A stretch of DNA of 64,000 nucleotides from Pseudovirgaria hyperparasitica (lineage: Eukaryota): NCBI GenBank assembly GCA_010093815.1, contig ML996585.1; one strand, given 5' to 3'. The notes below the pieces were generated by a model, which worked only from the letters and a program-made list of their open reading frames with translations, was not told where the DNA came from and did not search any database. The stretch's first letter is position 1; every line of letters starts with the position of its first letter. Made by a program: the position numbers and the translations under genes. Positions 40,975 to 54,370 of this stretch are shown here, in pieces.

Positions 40975-41059
40975 TTCGAATTACTCCCTATATAGTACTA
41001 TAGTTAAGATAGTCTAACTAGAACCGAGAAGGTTAACACGATCTACTATAGAGATAAGT

Positions 41060-44000
41060 AATACTATATTAAATAATAGGGATCCTCTATAATCGGTATT
41101 AATCCCGGCCGTTTCTAACCGAGAAATAGAGATATTAGACTAAATTACGGAGCTTTTAGACGAAGAGATGGTAGATATACTAAGTAACTTCTAATAATAT
41201 AAAGTTAGATAATAAGTCGTGGCGGAGCCACGTAAGGTATTATAATAAACTATTACTAAACTTTAGAAATATATCGCGAATTAGACTTAAGAGATTTAAA
41301 CCTTTAAAGAATAGATAGAACGCGCGAAACTCCTCGTAAAGAGACAAGAACTTAAGAAGTCTCTTAAAGAACTACGCCGAACGATAGTAGGTAGATAACT
41401 TTCTATACTAATTTAGGCGGAATTAGTTTACCTACTATTAGAGTTATAATAATCTACTATATACCCGGCCGCTTCGTTACCGATTTACTCTACTCCTTCC
41501 CTAGATATACCAAAACCTAAAGACCCAACTATATTTATAGGGAAGAACTAAAAGAAGTAGAAAGACTAGAAGAGAGACTACGAAAAGTACTTCCTCGATA
41601 ACCCTCTACTCTTTTCTACTAAAGTATAACGTATTTCGTTCGGAGAACGATACCTAGACTTATAATTCCGTAATTAATAGAATAGATAGAAGGAAGTATA
41701 GCTACTATCTACGACAACCTAGGAATATTTAGCTATATTTATACTAAATACCCTTAGAACGGATAGAGAACGTAAAAGAAAGGTACTATCTAAGTTAAGA
41801 AGCGTGGTATAACGACCGAACTAGACACCTACTTAACTACTATAATACCTCTAAAACCTATAGGATAATATCCCTATACTATAGGAAAATATTTATATAT
41901 TCTAGTTTCGCGAAGTACTACTTCCGTTAATCTACGAAAGACTAGAAATAGTATTATTAAGTTTTAACTATCTATATAAATTAGAGACGAAAGCTAATAA
42001 ATACTACCGCATCCTTAAGGAACGCGGCTCTCTAGGTAAAACCGACGAACCCTATATGGGTTAGAAACGAGGTTAATTAAATACGTTTAATTAAGAGTAA
42101 CCTTACCATAATTAGCGCTAGAAGAGTATAAATTAGAGTAGAAACGCATTAAGAGAATACTAAAATAATTAAGACGGTGCTTCTTAATACGGAAAAGGAT
42201 AAGGCATAGACTTAAATATAACACCTATTATAAAATAGTAGGATTATAGCGCACTTTATTACTATAAGTATAGAGAAATAGAATATATTTTACCTAACTA
42301 TAAGAATCTAAAAAAAGAATAGGCTAGTATACGAGACCTAACCGCGTTCTTAGCTAAATTATATATACTTAGAAGGAGCCGTAGCGCCTTCCGGTAAGTA
42401 AAGACCTAATATTACTAAAAGTATTATTATCTATAGTAAATGGTAATAAAACTATATAGGCCCTCGTGGATACTAGTATAGAAGATAACTATATTTTATT
42501 AATTCTCGTAAAGGAGTATAGATTATTATACGATCTTAGTAAAGTTAGCTAAACTATTATAGTTAATAGATATAAAGTTAGAACTTTAGGCAAAGCTATA
42601 ACGAATTACGAAGTTTATAACTTAAAGATAATAAAATAGTAGATGTCTAATAAATTTATCGTGGCTAATATTAGCTAATAGAATATAATTCTAGGCATGC
42701 CTTAGCTTAGACGCCTAAATCTAATCCTTAATTTCTAGAAGAAGATATTAACGTTCCGACGACACTATAGTAAATTATACTAGTAAGTTATAACTATTAG
42801 TAAGGAGGTATAGAACCTCGCTATATAGATCTAATTATTATTAATCTATCTTACGTCCTTATTAATTATTAATAAAGATAAGAATAATAGTAATAATTAG
42901 GGCGAAGACACGCTATCTAACGTATATTCGTAGTATATGGATGTGTTTTCGGTAGAAGATACGTTACTTCTCCCTAACCACGGGCTATATAAGCTAAAGA
43001 TCGAGCTCGAAGAGAGAGTAGACGTCCCTTATAGTCTACTTTACCTACTTTTAAGACTAGAACTCGAAGTTCTTTATAAATATATTAAAGAATACCTCGG
43101 AAGAGGCTAGATACGTTATAGTACGTTATCGGCTAGCGTATCTATTCTCTTCGTAAAGAAGAAAGATAGAAGTTTATATCTATACGTTAACTATTAGATA
43201 CTAAATACGGTAACTAAGAAGAATTATTATCTATTACCGCTAGTTAGTAAATCTTTAGACTAATTAACGAAGGTAAAGTACTTTATAAAGCTAGATTTAC
43301 GAGATATATATTACCGGCTTTAAATTTATTACGGAGATAAGTAGAAAACTACATTTCGGACTAGATATAGTTATTTTAAGTATACTATTATACTATTTAG
43401 GCTAATAAATACGCTAGAAGCGTTTTAAGGATATATTAATACTATACTTATAAAATTACTTAACGTGATTTACGTAGTTTATCTTAATAATATACTAATT
43501 TACTCTAATAGTAGATAGAATTATAAAGAACACGTGAAATCGGTGCTAAATCGTCTAAGGTAGTATAAACTCTATGTAAAATTATCTAAATACGAGTTTT
43601 ACTAATAACAAGTTAGGTTTCTCGGCTTTATTATAACATATAGCGGCCTAAAAATGGAGCCGGAGCGTGTAAAGACTATTATAGAATAGCTAGAATCTAC
43701 TACTATACGTTAAATTAGAACGTTTATAGGTTTCGTAAACTATTATTATAAATTTATTATAGACTTCTTATGAATTATAGCGCCGCTTAATAAACTCATA
43801 GAGAATAGCGGTAAAATCTCTATAGGTAGGCGAGTATAGCGTAAAGCTAAGTCGGTCGAGATATAGTTAACGCCGGAAGCGTAAGATACGTTCCGATCAT
43901 TAAAGAATTACTTTATAACTACGCCGATTCTTAGGTATTTTAATTCTAAAAAGTATATTCGGGTCGAAACTAACGCGTTAGAATTTATAATTACTAGAAT

Positions 44001-46440
44001 TATTAGTTAACCGTATAAAGATATAAAAGATAAGATATAATAGTACCCGGTTACCTTCTTTTCCTATAAAATAGCGGATATAGAGACGTGTTATAATACG
44101 TATAACTAGAAACTACTTATAATTATCGAGAGTTTTAAGTAATAGTAATATTATTTAGAAGGCTCCGTATATTAGATTAAATTATTATTAGATTATATAA
44201 ATCTATATTACTTTATATTAACTAAGGTCCTTAATCGCNNNNNNNNNNNNNNNNNNNNNNNNNNNNNNNNNNNNNNNNNNNNNNNNNNNNNNNNNNNNNN
44301 NNNNNNNNNNNNNNNNNNNNNNNNNNNNNNNNNNNNNNNNNNNNNNNNNNNNNNNNNNNNNNNNNNNNNNNNNNNNNNNNNNNNNNNNNNNNNNNNNNNN
44401 NNNNNNNNNNNNNNNNNNNNNNNNNNNNNNNNNNNNNNNNNNNNNNNNNNNNNNNNNNNNNNNNNNNNNNNNNNNNNNNNNNNNNNNNNNNNNNNNNNNN
44501 NNNNNNNNNNNNNNNNNNNNNNNNNNNNNNNNNNNNNNNNNNNNNNNNNNNNNNNNNNNNNNNNNNNNNNNNNNNNNNNNNNNNNNNNNNNNNNNNNNNN
44601 NNNNNNNNNNNNNNNNNNNNNNNNNNNNNNNNNNNNNNNNNNNNNNNNNNNNNNNNNNNNNNNNNNNNNNNNNNNNNNNNNNNNNNNNNNNNNNNNNNNN
44701 NNNNNNNNNNNNNNNNNNNNNNNNNNNNNNNNNNNNNNNNNNNNNNNNNNNNNNNNNNNNNNNNNNNNNNNNNNNNNNNNNNNNNNNNNNNNNNNNNNNN
44801 NNNNNNNNNNNNNNNNNNNNNNNNNNNNNNNNNNNNNNNNNNNNNNNNNNNNNNNNNNNNNNNNNNNNNNNNNATTCTCCGCGGGAATTAGAGCGGGTAT
44901 TAAGTAATCTAAATAAATATCTAAGGAAATAAGAAAACCCTTAAAGACTTAATTAAATCTACCTAGAATTCTAATATATTAGTAAAGAAAGTTATAAGTA
45001 TAAAAGGAAGTACTATAGATCCGCCGTAGTTATTAAGATAGAAACGATAATCGGACGCGATCTACTTCTAAGGCCGACTCTACGTGCCGGAAGGCGGCTT
45101 ATAAATTAATATTTTAAGGGAATAGTATAATTACGCGTTAGTAGGATACTTTAGCGTTATAAGGACGGTCGATTTAATCCGAAGGACGTACGACTAGCCG
45201 GGTCTTTAGAAATATATAAAGGACTACATAAAAACGTATAACGTTTACTAGTATATAAAAGTATATAGATACTTACTATATAGTAAATTAAGGCTATTAC
45301 CTATACTAAAGGAGGCATAGAAGGAATTATTAATAGATTTCATTATAGATCTACCCCTAAGTAAGTATTCTAGGTATATTTATAATAGTTTACTTATAGT
45401 TCTAGATAGATTTATAAAGATATTATACTACATCCCTATAAGAAAGATAATCTAAGTACCGGATCTTATAGATATACTACTCCATAACGTAGTTCGGCTC
45501 TATAGTATACTAAATAGTATAGTTTTAGATAGAGGTCCGTAGATAACATCTAAATTTTAGAAGGATTTCTACTATATACTAGGAATTAAGCGGAAACTTA
45601 GTACTATATTCTATCTATAAATAGATAGATAAACGGAGCGGTAGAATTAGATAGTCGAGGCGTATTTACGTGTATATTATAACTATAAGTAGAATAACTA
45701 GGTAAGGTTAGTCTATGTCGCGGAATTCGCGTATAATAATAGCTAATATATATTAATCTACGTAAGTCTATTCAAAGTAAACTTCGGTTAGAACTATAAT
45801 ATATAGTTCTTAGAGACTTAGTTTAAAGTAGAACGACCTAACGTTAAAGTAATAGAAATTACTATAGAACTATTCTAAACGTAAAGAAGCGTTATAAAGT
45901 TACTATAAGATACTACGGATTATAGTAAATCGCACTATAACAAGGGTAGAAAACCCATGATCTTTAATATTAGGGATAAAGTTTTACTAAATAGTAAGAA
46001 TATTCGTAGTATTAGGCTAAAGAAGAAGCTTAACTATATAATAATAGGTCTATATAAGATTACTCGTGTAATTAATAACCAGGTATACGAGTTATAACTC
46101 CCTCCTATATTAAAGATATATAATATATTCTATATTACGCTTCTCGAGCCATTTTATATCTTATCGTTACCGGATCGTTCCGAATAGATACTATATAAAG
46201 TAGTTATGTAAGAAGGTATAGATATCTACGAAGTTAAGTAGATACTTAGCTAGTAACACGCCGAAGATAGTACATGGCTATATAAAATTTATTAGAAGGG
46301 ATATAATTCTAACGAAGATACTTAGAAACCTATAATAAATATTAGTAAAGTAGCGATATTAGTATATAAGTAGCGATTAGTAAAGGAAGCCGTGGAATCG
46401 TAGAGAATTATACTAAAGTACGGCGATTTAATATTTTTTA
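41060..46440 (+). pseudogene. A2 gag-pol (PR-RT-RH-IN-chromodomain), RIP-inactivated
   Basis: CCHC ~42220-42265; ALVDT ~42460; VYL(DD)IL ~43477; integrase ~45330-45790; chromodomain YEV..IL ~46227. Confidence 0.92.
44239..44873. other. Assembly gap (635 N) within A2 pol
   Basis: N run. Confidence 0.99.
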
Positions 46441-46879
46441 GTATAGTTTAGCGCTAAGGACGGCCGCCTAAAAGGAAGAAGGTTAAAGAGACATAGATCT
46501 TTAAAAACACTCTAAGGAATTAAGGAACTTCCTTAGAAAGTTCGAACTTAGAACTCCTTTAGAAAGTTTAAACTTAGAACTTTAAAAAAATTTAACTAAA
46601 AAAGAGACTTAGAAAAATGATTTACTAAGAGAAATGGACATCGAAAATTAGTACCGATTAGTATAGATCGGTATAGATTACTAAAGAGATTAAAGAAGTT
46701 ATTATTAAAGAAAGATAAAATTAAGAAAGCTAAAAGAAAATATAAAGATCTATATAGATCTATATAAATTCGTACTAATCTATCTAGAAGAAGTAAGATC
46801 GCTTTAAAATTAAAACTAAAAACTAAAAACGCTAGATAAAAGAAATATATTAGTACCGATTAGTATAGATCTAAACTAA

Positions 46880-47861
46880 TTAAGTTAGAGTAGGAGTAGA
46901 AGTACTAATTACCGCGATAGTTATATCTAATTCCTTCTACTAGTTCTTATTTAGCATAGTATAGAGCTTTATAATATAAGTCTCTAGCCTTTCGTTCTAA
47001 CGCTATAAATTCTATATAGCGCGTCTTATAGCTATAAACTCCTCTATAGAAACCTACGGAGCGGCGGGACCTAGAATAGAGAGAGATAGACCGGCGCGGG
47101 CACGCTAAGAATTATATAAATTAGCGAAAAGATTTAATAATCGGTATAGAACCATATACCTTTAGTATAGAAACTTCTAGATTAGAGCTATCTTCCCTAA
47201 ATTTACGGCTCTTTAGTATACGCGAGGAGGGAACCTTAGCCTTTTTACTAGAATCTTTTCTAGGAATTTTAATATTACTAGTATATAGAAAGAAGTCCGA
47301 AGTAGTAGAGATTTTAGTACTATTATAGAGATTAATATATATTAATAAGAATCTATAATAATTTAAGAAAAACGATATTACCTAGTAATCGTAGTAATAA
47401 TAGCTATAGTAGATTCTAATAAATCCTTACGGATCTTATTAGAATCGTACTCCTAGGCGTAACCCTTACCTTAGGTATATAGCTCGTAGAAAGCCTTCTC
47501 TAAGGTATTACAATTAGTAGTACTACGCTCCTTATTAGTAGAGGTTACTAGAGGCCTAGTAGTAATCTATACTAATATAAGTAAATCTACGTAAAGTTCT
47601 TCGAACTTATTTAATTACCTATAAGTAATAACGCTTCTTAGTTATATAAGTACTATATATTATAGATTTAGTACTACCGTAAGCGATATATAACGGAAAG
47701 CAATAACTATAATAATATATAGCTAGATTATTAGAGCCCGGCCTAGGTCGGGGTAGATTAATAGCTTTTAATATATTAGTAATGTATATAAGATAGGGAT
47801 TATTCGAAGGCGCCTGTTTCCGTACTAATTACTTTAGAGCGTTAAGATTTCGGGAAACTAT
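46880..47861 (-). pseudogene. A2 antisense spliced accessory gene (Zn-cluster-like domain plus C-terminal coiled-coil-like segment)
   Basis: De-RIPped P-C-L-x-C (47784-47798); intact TGC at 47700-47702; C-x2-C-x6-C-L-Q at 47619-47657; GT...AG intron 47567-47618; downstream frame broken only by TAA/TAG, with EEF...RRA..NL.R.NERLE near the end. Confidence 0.7.
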
Positions 47862-48346
47862 ATTATAATTATTACTAATTTATATAGATTATTATAAATT
47901 ATTATTATTACTAGCTAAATACGGCACGAAAATTAGTAAATTATATAAATCGTACTAAATTATAGTAAATCTATATAAATCTATATCTATAAGGATTGGG
48001 TAATATATCTAATAATCTAAAAAACTCTATAAAGAGTTAAGAAGTTTTTTAAAGAAAGGAGAATTTCTAAGAAAAGATTTTAATATAGGTAGTACCTAGG
48101 CTTACCTAATTATATTACGTGATACGCTAGGCCTAATTAGGTAATCTTACCTATGTAAGAATTTAGGATAGATAAACTCTAGTTTATTAGGAAAACGCTT
48201 ATATAAATCTTAGATTAGTAAATATTAGTAAATATCTAAGACGAAGTATAGAGAATGACTAAGGTCTTACGAGACTTAGGATAGGGATATAGAAATAGAT
48301 AATAATCTAGGTTACTAAGGGTAGCTTTCTAGAGGGAAGAGATAAT

Positions 48347-48574
48347 TATTAGAACTTAGTCTTAGGTATAACCTAATCTATATATACCTTAGCTAATAGG
48401 GTTAGAAGGTGGCGGGAAGGGTAGTAAATAGTTACGTGCTAGATAGATCGGCGTCCCTTTATATATATACTCTTAGATTTCTACTAAAAGGGTTCGGTAG
48501 TAATTCGTTCTAGAATAGAATATACTATATTATTCTATCTAACTATACTACTATCTAATAACCCTATTCTTACA
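48347..48574 (+). repeat. 3' LTR of A2 (ends ...TACA)
   Basis: Direct repeat of 40747-40974. Confidence 0.95.
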
Positions 48575-49847
48575 ACGGCTAAGTAAAGTAATAGATAGAT
48601 AAAGGTCTTAACTACTATAAGCTAGGGACCGCCAAAGAGTAGGCGAACTCTATAAAAGAATATAAGAACTCTAAAGGGGCCCTTATAGTAAACGCGGTAT
48701 CTATAGAGAATATCTATAAGGCGCTAGAGAAGAAGAAAGAGCTATTACTAGAATAGATACGGAAGATACTACCCCCGTAACTCTAGAATATAGCTCTACT
48801 ATTTTCTAAAAGGGAAGTAGATAAACTCACGCCGTACTAACTAGGTATTAATTATAAAATTAAGATATATAAGAAAGCGGATAGAATACTAATAGACTTA
48901 CTATAGAGATAGCTATTTAGTATAGTAAAGGACGAGCTTCTTATACTAGTAAAACTTCTAAGAGACCTTCTAGTAAAAGAGCTAATTTAGTATACTATAT
49001 TAGAAGCTATAGCCTCTATATTATTTATAAGAAAGCCTAGCGGAGGACTCTAGTTCTATTATAACACTACGCCTTAAATACTATTACTAAGCCCGACTAA
49101 TATCTCTTACTACTAATACTAGAGACCCTCCGAAATCTAACGGACGCTAAATAGTTAACTAAGGTAGATGTTATCGCCGCCTTCTACTAGATCCGTATAG
49201 CCTCTAGCCACGAATATAAGATAGCGTTTAGAACTCGGCTAGGGTTATTTAAATAGATAGTATACCCGTTTAGATTATTAGAGGCTCTAGTAACCTTCTA
49301 ATAGTATATTAACTTCTTACTATAAGAATAGCTAGATAACTTTACTTTAGTCTATATAGATAATATAATTATCTACTTAAATAGATTAAAGAAAGACTAC
49401 TTTAGTAAAGTATATATTATTCTTTAATGAAAAACTTCTTTTACATCCCCAAGAGGCCAACTTGGTCCATTCGGGGTAATATAGCGAGATACACACCTTA
49501 ATCGATAGAGTATACTAAGTACACCAACTACTACTACACGCACGTACGTACAGCGTCGAAACCAAGACGTTATCGCCGTGTAAAGATATATATATACCCT
49601 CTTAAAATCCTCACGGAGATAGAGGCACGGACCACGCTACTAGAACGCCAATACGCCGACCCCCTTTTTATTAGTTAAGGGTAGCCCTTAACTAATAAAT
49701 ATAGCGGCCTTAGGCACCGATATACCCTGGTATATACTGGATATACCCCTACCGGTATAATAGAAAAGGCCATATAGCGACATTACCGAGGGTAACTATA
49801 TATCTATCTAAAATATAGAACACACCTAAAGGCGCACGCCGCCATAG

Positions 49848-51160
49848 ATAGACGGAATAAAGGGGACCCCGAGAGGAGAAACCCTCCTAGATCGTATTAA
49901 CTACTAGGTAGCACGTATAGAGAAGGAAGCCGGAGAGGGCTAGAAGACCCTCCTATATATATTCTAGAACCTTATCTAGAATCTAAAGGGAATTACGGAG
50001 GAGGAGAAGAAGATATAACTAGGAGGACTAGAGGGTAGGCTCGACTAAATAGAGGCTAGTCTACGTAGAATCTAGGAGGAACTTACTTAAGGTAAGCGCC
50101 CTAGTATATAGGTATAAATAGTAGTAATACTAGAGGCTATACTATGGGCCCCCCGGACCGGTAACGCGGCGTATAGTATATACATTATAATCTAGGATAA
50201 GGATACCCTAGTATAGGTCTAGTAAGCATCCCTAAAGGATATAGTAAGTAAGATTAATAAATAAAAGGGAATATAGTTAAATATTATCGCCGCTAAACTT
50301 ACGCTAGGAGGAGTAGTACTTACTATGATAACGAATATCGTGTAGTAGACTATCTCGCGCGATCCGAACGCGATTAGTAGCATCTTCCTAGGCGCCTCTA
50401 TTAGGGCGGCCATATACCCGATATAGGTATACTCTATATCTATAAGCGGATAGGTTATTAGAGAAGAGGATATTACACGGATAGAATAGTTAAACGAGCG
50501 AAAATACCTAGGGATTAAGATCGTAAGAGTATGGTAGAAGAATATATAAGGGATTAAAACCAGATCGAAGGTATACTCTACTATAATAGTAGAGCTTAAG
50601 GACCCCGCCCTCGCGTATTAAATTATATAAGAGGGATTCCTAGCGGAAGGGGAGCTTCTTATAGCGGAACTATGGGATATAGTATAGGCGATAATATAGT
50701 GCTTCAACTATTAGGGATACGGGTATACGGCATAGCGGTACTCCTAAAAGACCAGGTATAGGTAGTATTAATAAGAACATAGTACCTAGGAGTACCCCTA
50801 CGGGATACGAGGAGAGGGCTAGAGGGATAGGGATACGGCGAAGTACTCTAACTACGACGGTAAGCATCTATTATAGTCGGCTACGTGCGCGAAACGTAAA
50901 TAGGTTACTAAATATATCTACTTAATCCGGATAAAGGGAGTAAGGTAGCTATAAATAATATAATCTACTACCGTTCCTCTCTTTACTATAATACTACTAC
51001 TATAGACTACCTTCTTATGAGAAAGTAGTTAGAAATAGTAAACTATTCTAAGAAAGCTAATAATAGGACGGCCCTAAGGAATTACTAAGGCCGCCGCCGT
51101 ATAAGGATAGTCGCGTCTTAGAGGAACGAATATATAGGCCTATATATTCCCCAGCACCTA
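49848..51160 (+). pseudogene. L2 ORF1 (gag-like, three CCHC knuckles)
   Basis: CFNC.GYG motif at ~50699, followed by two further knuckles. Confidence 0.85.
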
Positions 51161-51169
51161 ATAAGAGAC

Positions 51170-54100
51170 TAAGACATACTCCTAATTATATAGGTAAACG
51201 TATAGTATAAATATAAGAACTAGGCGATACTCCTCGAGGAGACCGGAGCTGTAATACTCGCTATATAGGAGCTATATAAATACTACTAGACGAATAAACC
51301 AATAACACACCTAGGATATTATATAATACACCCCCTAGGACCGGAGAGGAGAGTCCTCTTCCACGTCTATAAGTCTATTCTACTCTTATTATGGTCGTAT
51401 ACTAAACGGGACAACCTCCGGATAATACTACACCTCTAGACAAATATCGGACCCCTCTATATACATAATATATATAATTAGAACCGATTGCTTTAGGCGG
51501 ATAATATACTTAAGGGCACTACCGAGCTAGAATAATATATCCTCCTAGGAGACTTTAACCTCTATTATAGCTAGTAGGGTAGACTAACCGTTATCCGCGA
51601 AGAGCTTTAAGCTAGAGAACTATATACCTAATACCACGGCTTTCTATACCTTCTTATACTAGTAGGATAGATTACCTAGCGAAAATATAAATAAGATAAG
51701 GGCGGATCCACACTCGACCTCACCCTAGCTACTAGATATATTTATAATAGGACTTAATACTACCGCCTAAGCCTTATATAGATAGACTCCGACTATAAAT
51801 ATATAGAGACCGTAATAGACGTATCTACCCCTTAAGACTAACAAGGGCGATAGCTATAGAAGGATACTAACTAGGAAAAGTACCTAAAGGACCTGGAATC
51901 GACGATCCTAGACCCGTCTATAGTCGACGTATCTAATGGCCCGGCCATTAACTAGGCCGTGAACACACTCCTATAGGCGTACTAGGGAGTAAGAGATAAA
52001 CACGTGCCGTACTAAATGTATAGACCCCTAGACCCGAAAAGCATACCTTAAGTATAAGAGTATAGGCGAGAAGTCTAGAGATTATATACACGCGTATACT
52101 ATAACTATATACCTAAAGCGTAGGATAAATAGAGAGAGGCGAGAAGATAACGAGATAAGGTCCTCCGCTATAAGCGACGTAAATAGTAGCGTATAGTTAC
52201 GGATAGATATACACGTAATACTACTAGACTATGGTATATAGTAAAATGGGCTAAAAGTACCGCCTCCCCAACACCTATACCACTTATACCTCCCCTTATA
52301 TATTAAGAAAAGACATACTCCACGAGCCTCGAGAAAATAGAGATTCTATAAGAGGTTATATTCCCTCTCCTAGAACCTATAGACCTATTAGATATTAATA
52401 GCACGGAATACCCGGAAGCCGTAAGTATCCCTAGGGAAATCACGGACGATAATATACTCGGTACTATTAAGACACTCCCGAACGATAAAGCGCCCGGGCT
52501 AGACGGAATTCCGAATCGATGCCTTAAGAGGACTATATAGGCGACCTTACTAATTATAGGCTATATATTCCGAGCGTACGCCCGTATAGGATACCACCTA
52601 TAGAGCTTCCGAACTATATATATAGTTATACTTCTAAAACTAGGGAAGAGCCTAAACACGCCGAAGGGATAGAGGCCAATCGCCCTCCTCTCCTACCTTA
52701 GTAAGGTACTAGAAGCCACGATTACTAAGAAGATAAGTATAGTAGTATAGGTACACGGCCTTCTCCTAGTAAACCAGAAGGCGAAGGTAGGAAGCTCCCT
52801 AATTATAGCCATTTAACACATCCTTAAGGTTATCTAGACTATATAGAAATAAGGACGAGTCGTTACGCTACTCTCCCTAGACATAGTAGGGGCGTTTAAT
52901 AAGGTAAACTATATAAGACTTATCTATAACCTCCGGATGAGGCGAATACCTAAGTGGATTATACGATTTATATAGTCCTTCCTCGCGTAAAGGACTACTT
53001 AAATATATATCCCCGGATACCGAAGCGAATATAAGGAGACGGTATACGGCATCCCGTAAGGGAGTACTATCTCCCCAATCCTCTTCCTCTTCTTTATAGT
53101 AGACCTCCTTTAGAGAATAGAATATATAGAGGTAGTTAGATACGCGGACGATATATACCTCCTCGTAGTCGATAATAGTACTAGTAGAACATGTACACGA
53201 CTCGAACGAGACCACGAGAAATACGTCTAGTAGATAAAGCGCCACGGAGTAAAATTCGCACCTAAAAAATACTAGCTTATATACTTTATTAACCGCTATA
53301 GAGAATAGGCTACTAGAGAGGGGGCACGTCGCCCCTAAATCGACGCCTTTATAGAACTACTAGTATAGAGTATACGCGCACTTGGCGTTATAATTAATAA
53401 TAAGCTAAAATAGAGACCATAGGTGGCACACGCCGTCTCTAGAGCCCTCTAGGTAGAAACCGCTATACGCCGGATTACGGCATCTATATAGGGAATAGCC
53501 TAGGATAAGGCGAGACAGCTATACGTCTCCCTAGTACGCCTAGCCTTTATATACGGACACGAGTGCTAGTATACGGCCCTTATATAAGCTCGGCGGGTAA
53601 AGCTTAAGTCTATATAAAACCGTATACTCCGCCTTATCTCCGGCGTATATAAAGCTACTAATACGACGCTCCTCTAACGTGAGACAAACGTAACGAGTAT
53701 ATAGGACTTCTACTAGACATAGAGACTTATATACTTTACTAAATAATAAGTATAAGAACGTGGAGGAGATAGGGTATATACCTTCGCTATACTACGTACA
53801 CGTATCCGCGCGCATTACTAGGCCCTCCCTACTATAGAATAAACTCGAGTATAATATAAATACTATATAGAGACGGACTCGAGCTAGACCGTGTAGGAGG
53901 TTTAAAATAACCCGGATACCGTCCCGAGCTAATAGAGCCCTAAGAAGCTTAGCCGCGTTATACGGTCGTGGATCTAGGATAAATAGAGGGAGGTACTTAA
54001 AGCCTAGTAGGCCTCCTAATAGAATAGGTATCTAGAATGGATCTAAGAGCCTTAGAAGGAACTAAGTAAATAGATATATAAAGGGCTAACGAAGGCCTAA

Positions 54101-54370
54101 GCATCCATACTCCTCTAAGCCCGAATAGGCGCTATAGGTCTTCTATATTACCTCTACTAGAGAGACGTCCTAGATATACCTCCCTAGTATAAGGACTACG
54201 GCCGGAGAGGTATAATACGCCACTACCTCGCGACGTGCTCTAGCCTCTATACTCTAAGATAAGCCCTTATCCGTATAATAAGGACCTCCGACATCACGCG
54301 ATAGCTTAATAAGTACTCTAAGGATGTCGCCTAATAGATGCTCGCATACCTTCCTCTCCCCTAGTTCTAG
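51170..54370 (+). pseudogene. L2 ORF2 (AP endonuclease, RT, C-terminal CCHC)
   Basis: GDFNL ~51548; DSD ~51785; KAPG.DGIP ~52487; YADD ~53141. No RNase H recognised. Confidence 0.9.

Larger units (their letters stand above)
40747..48574 (+). mobile_element. Gypsy chromovirus family A, copy A2, full length
   Basis: 228-bp LTRs 40747-40974 and 48347-48574; TSD ACGGC at 40742-40746 and 48575-48579; PPT AGAGGGAAGAGA before the 3' LTR. Confidence 0.96.
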
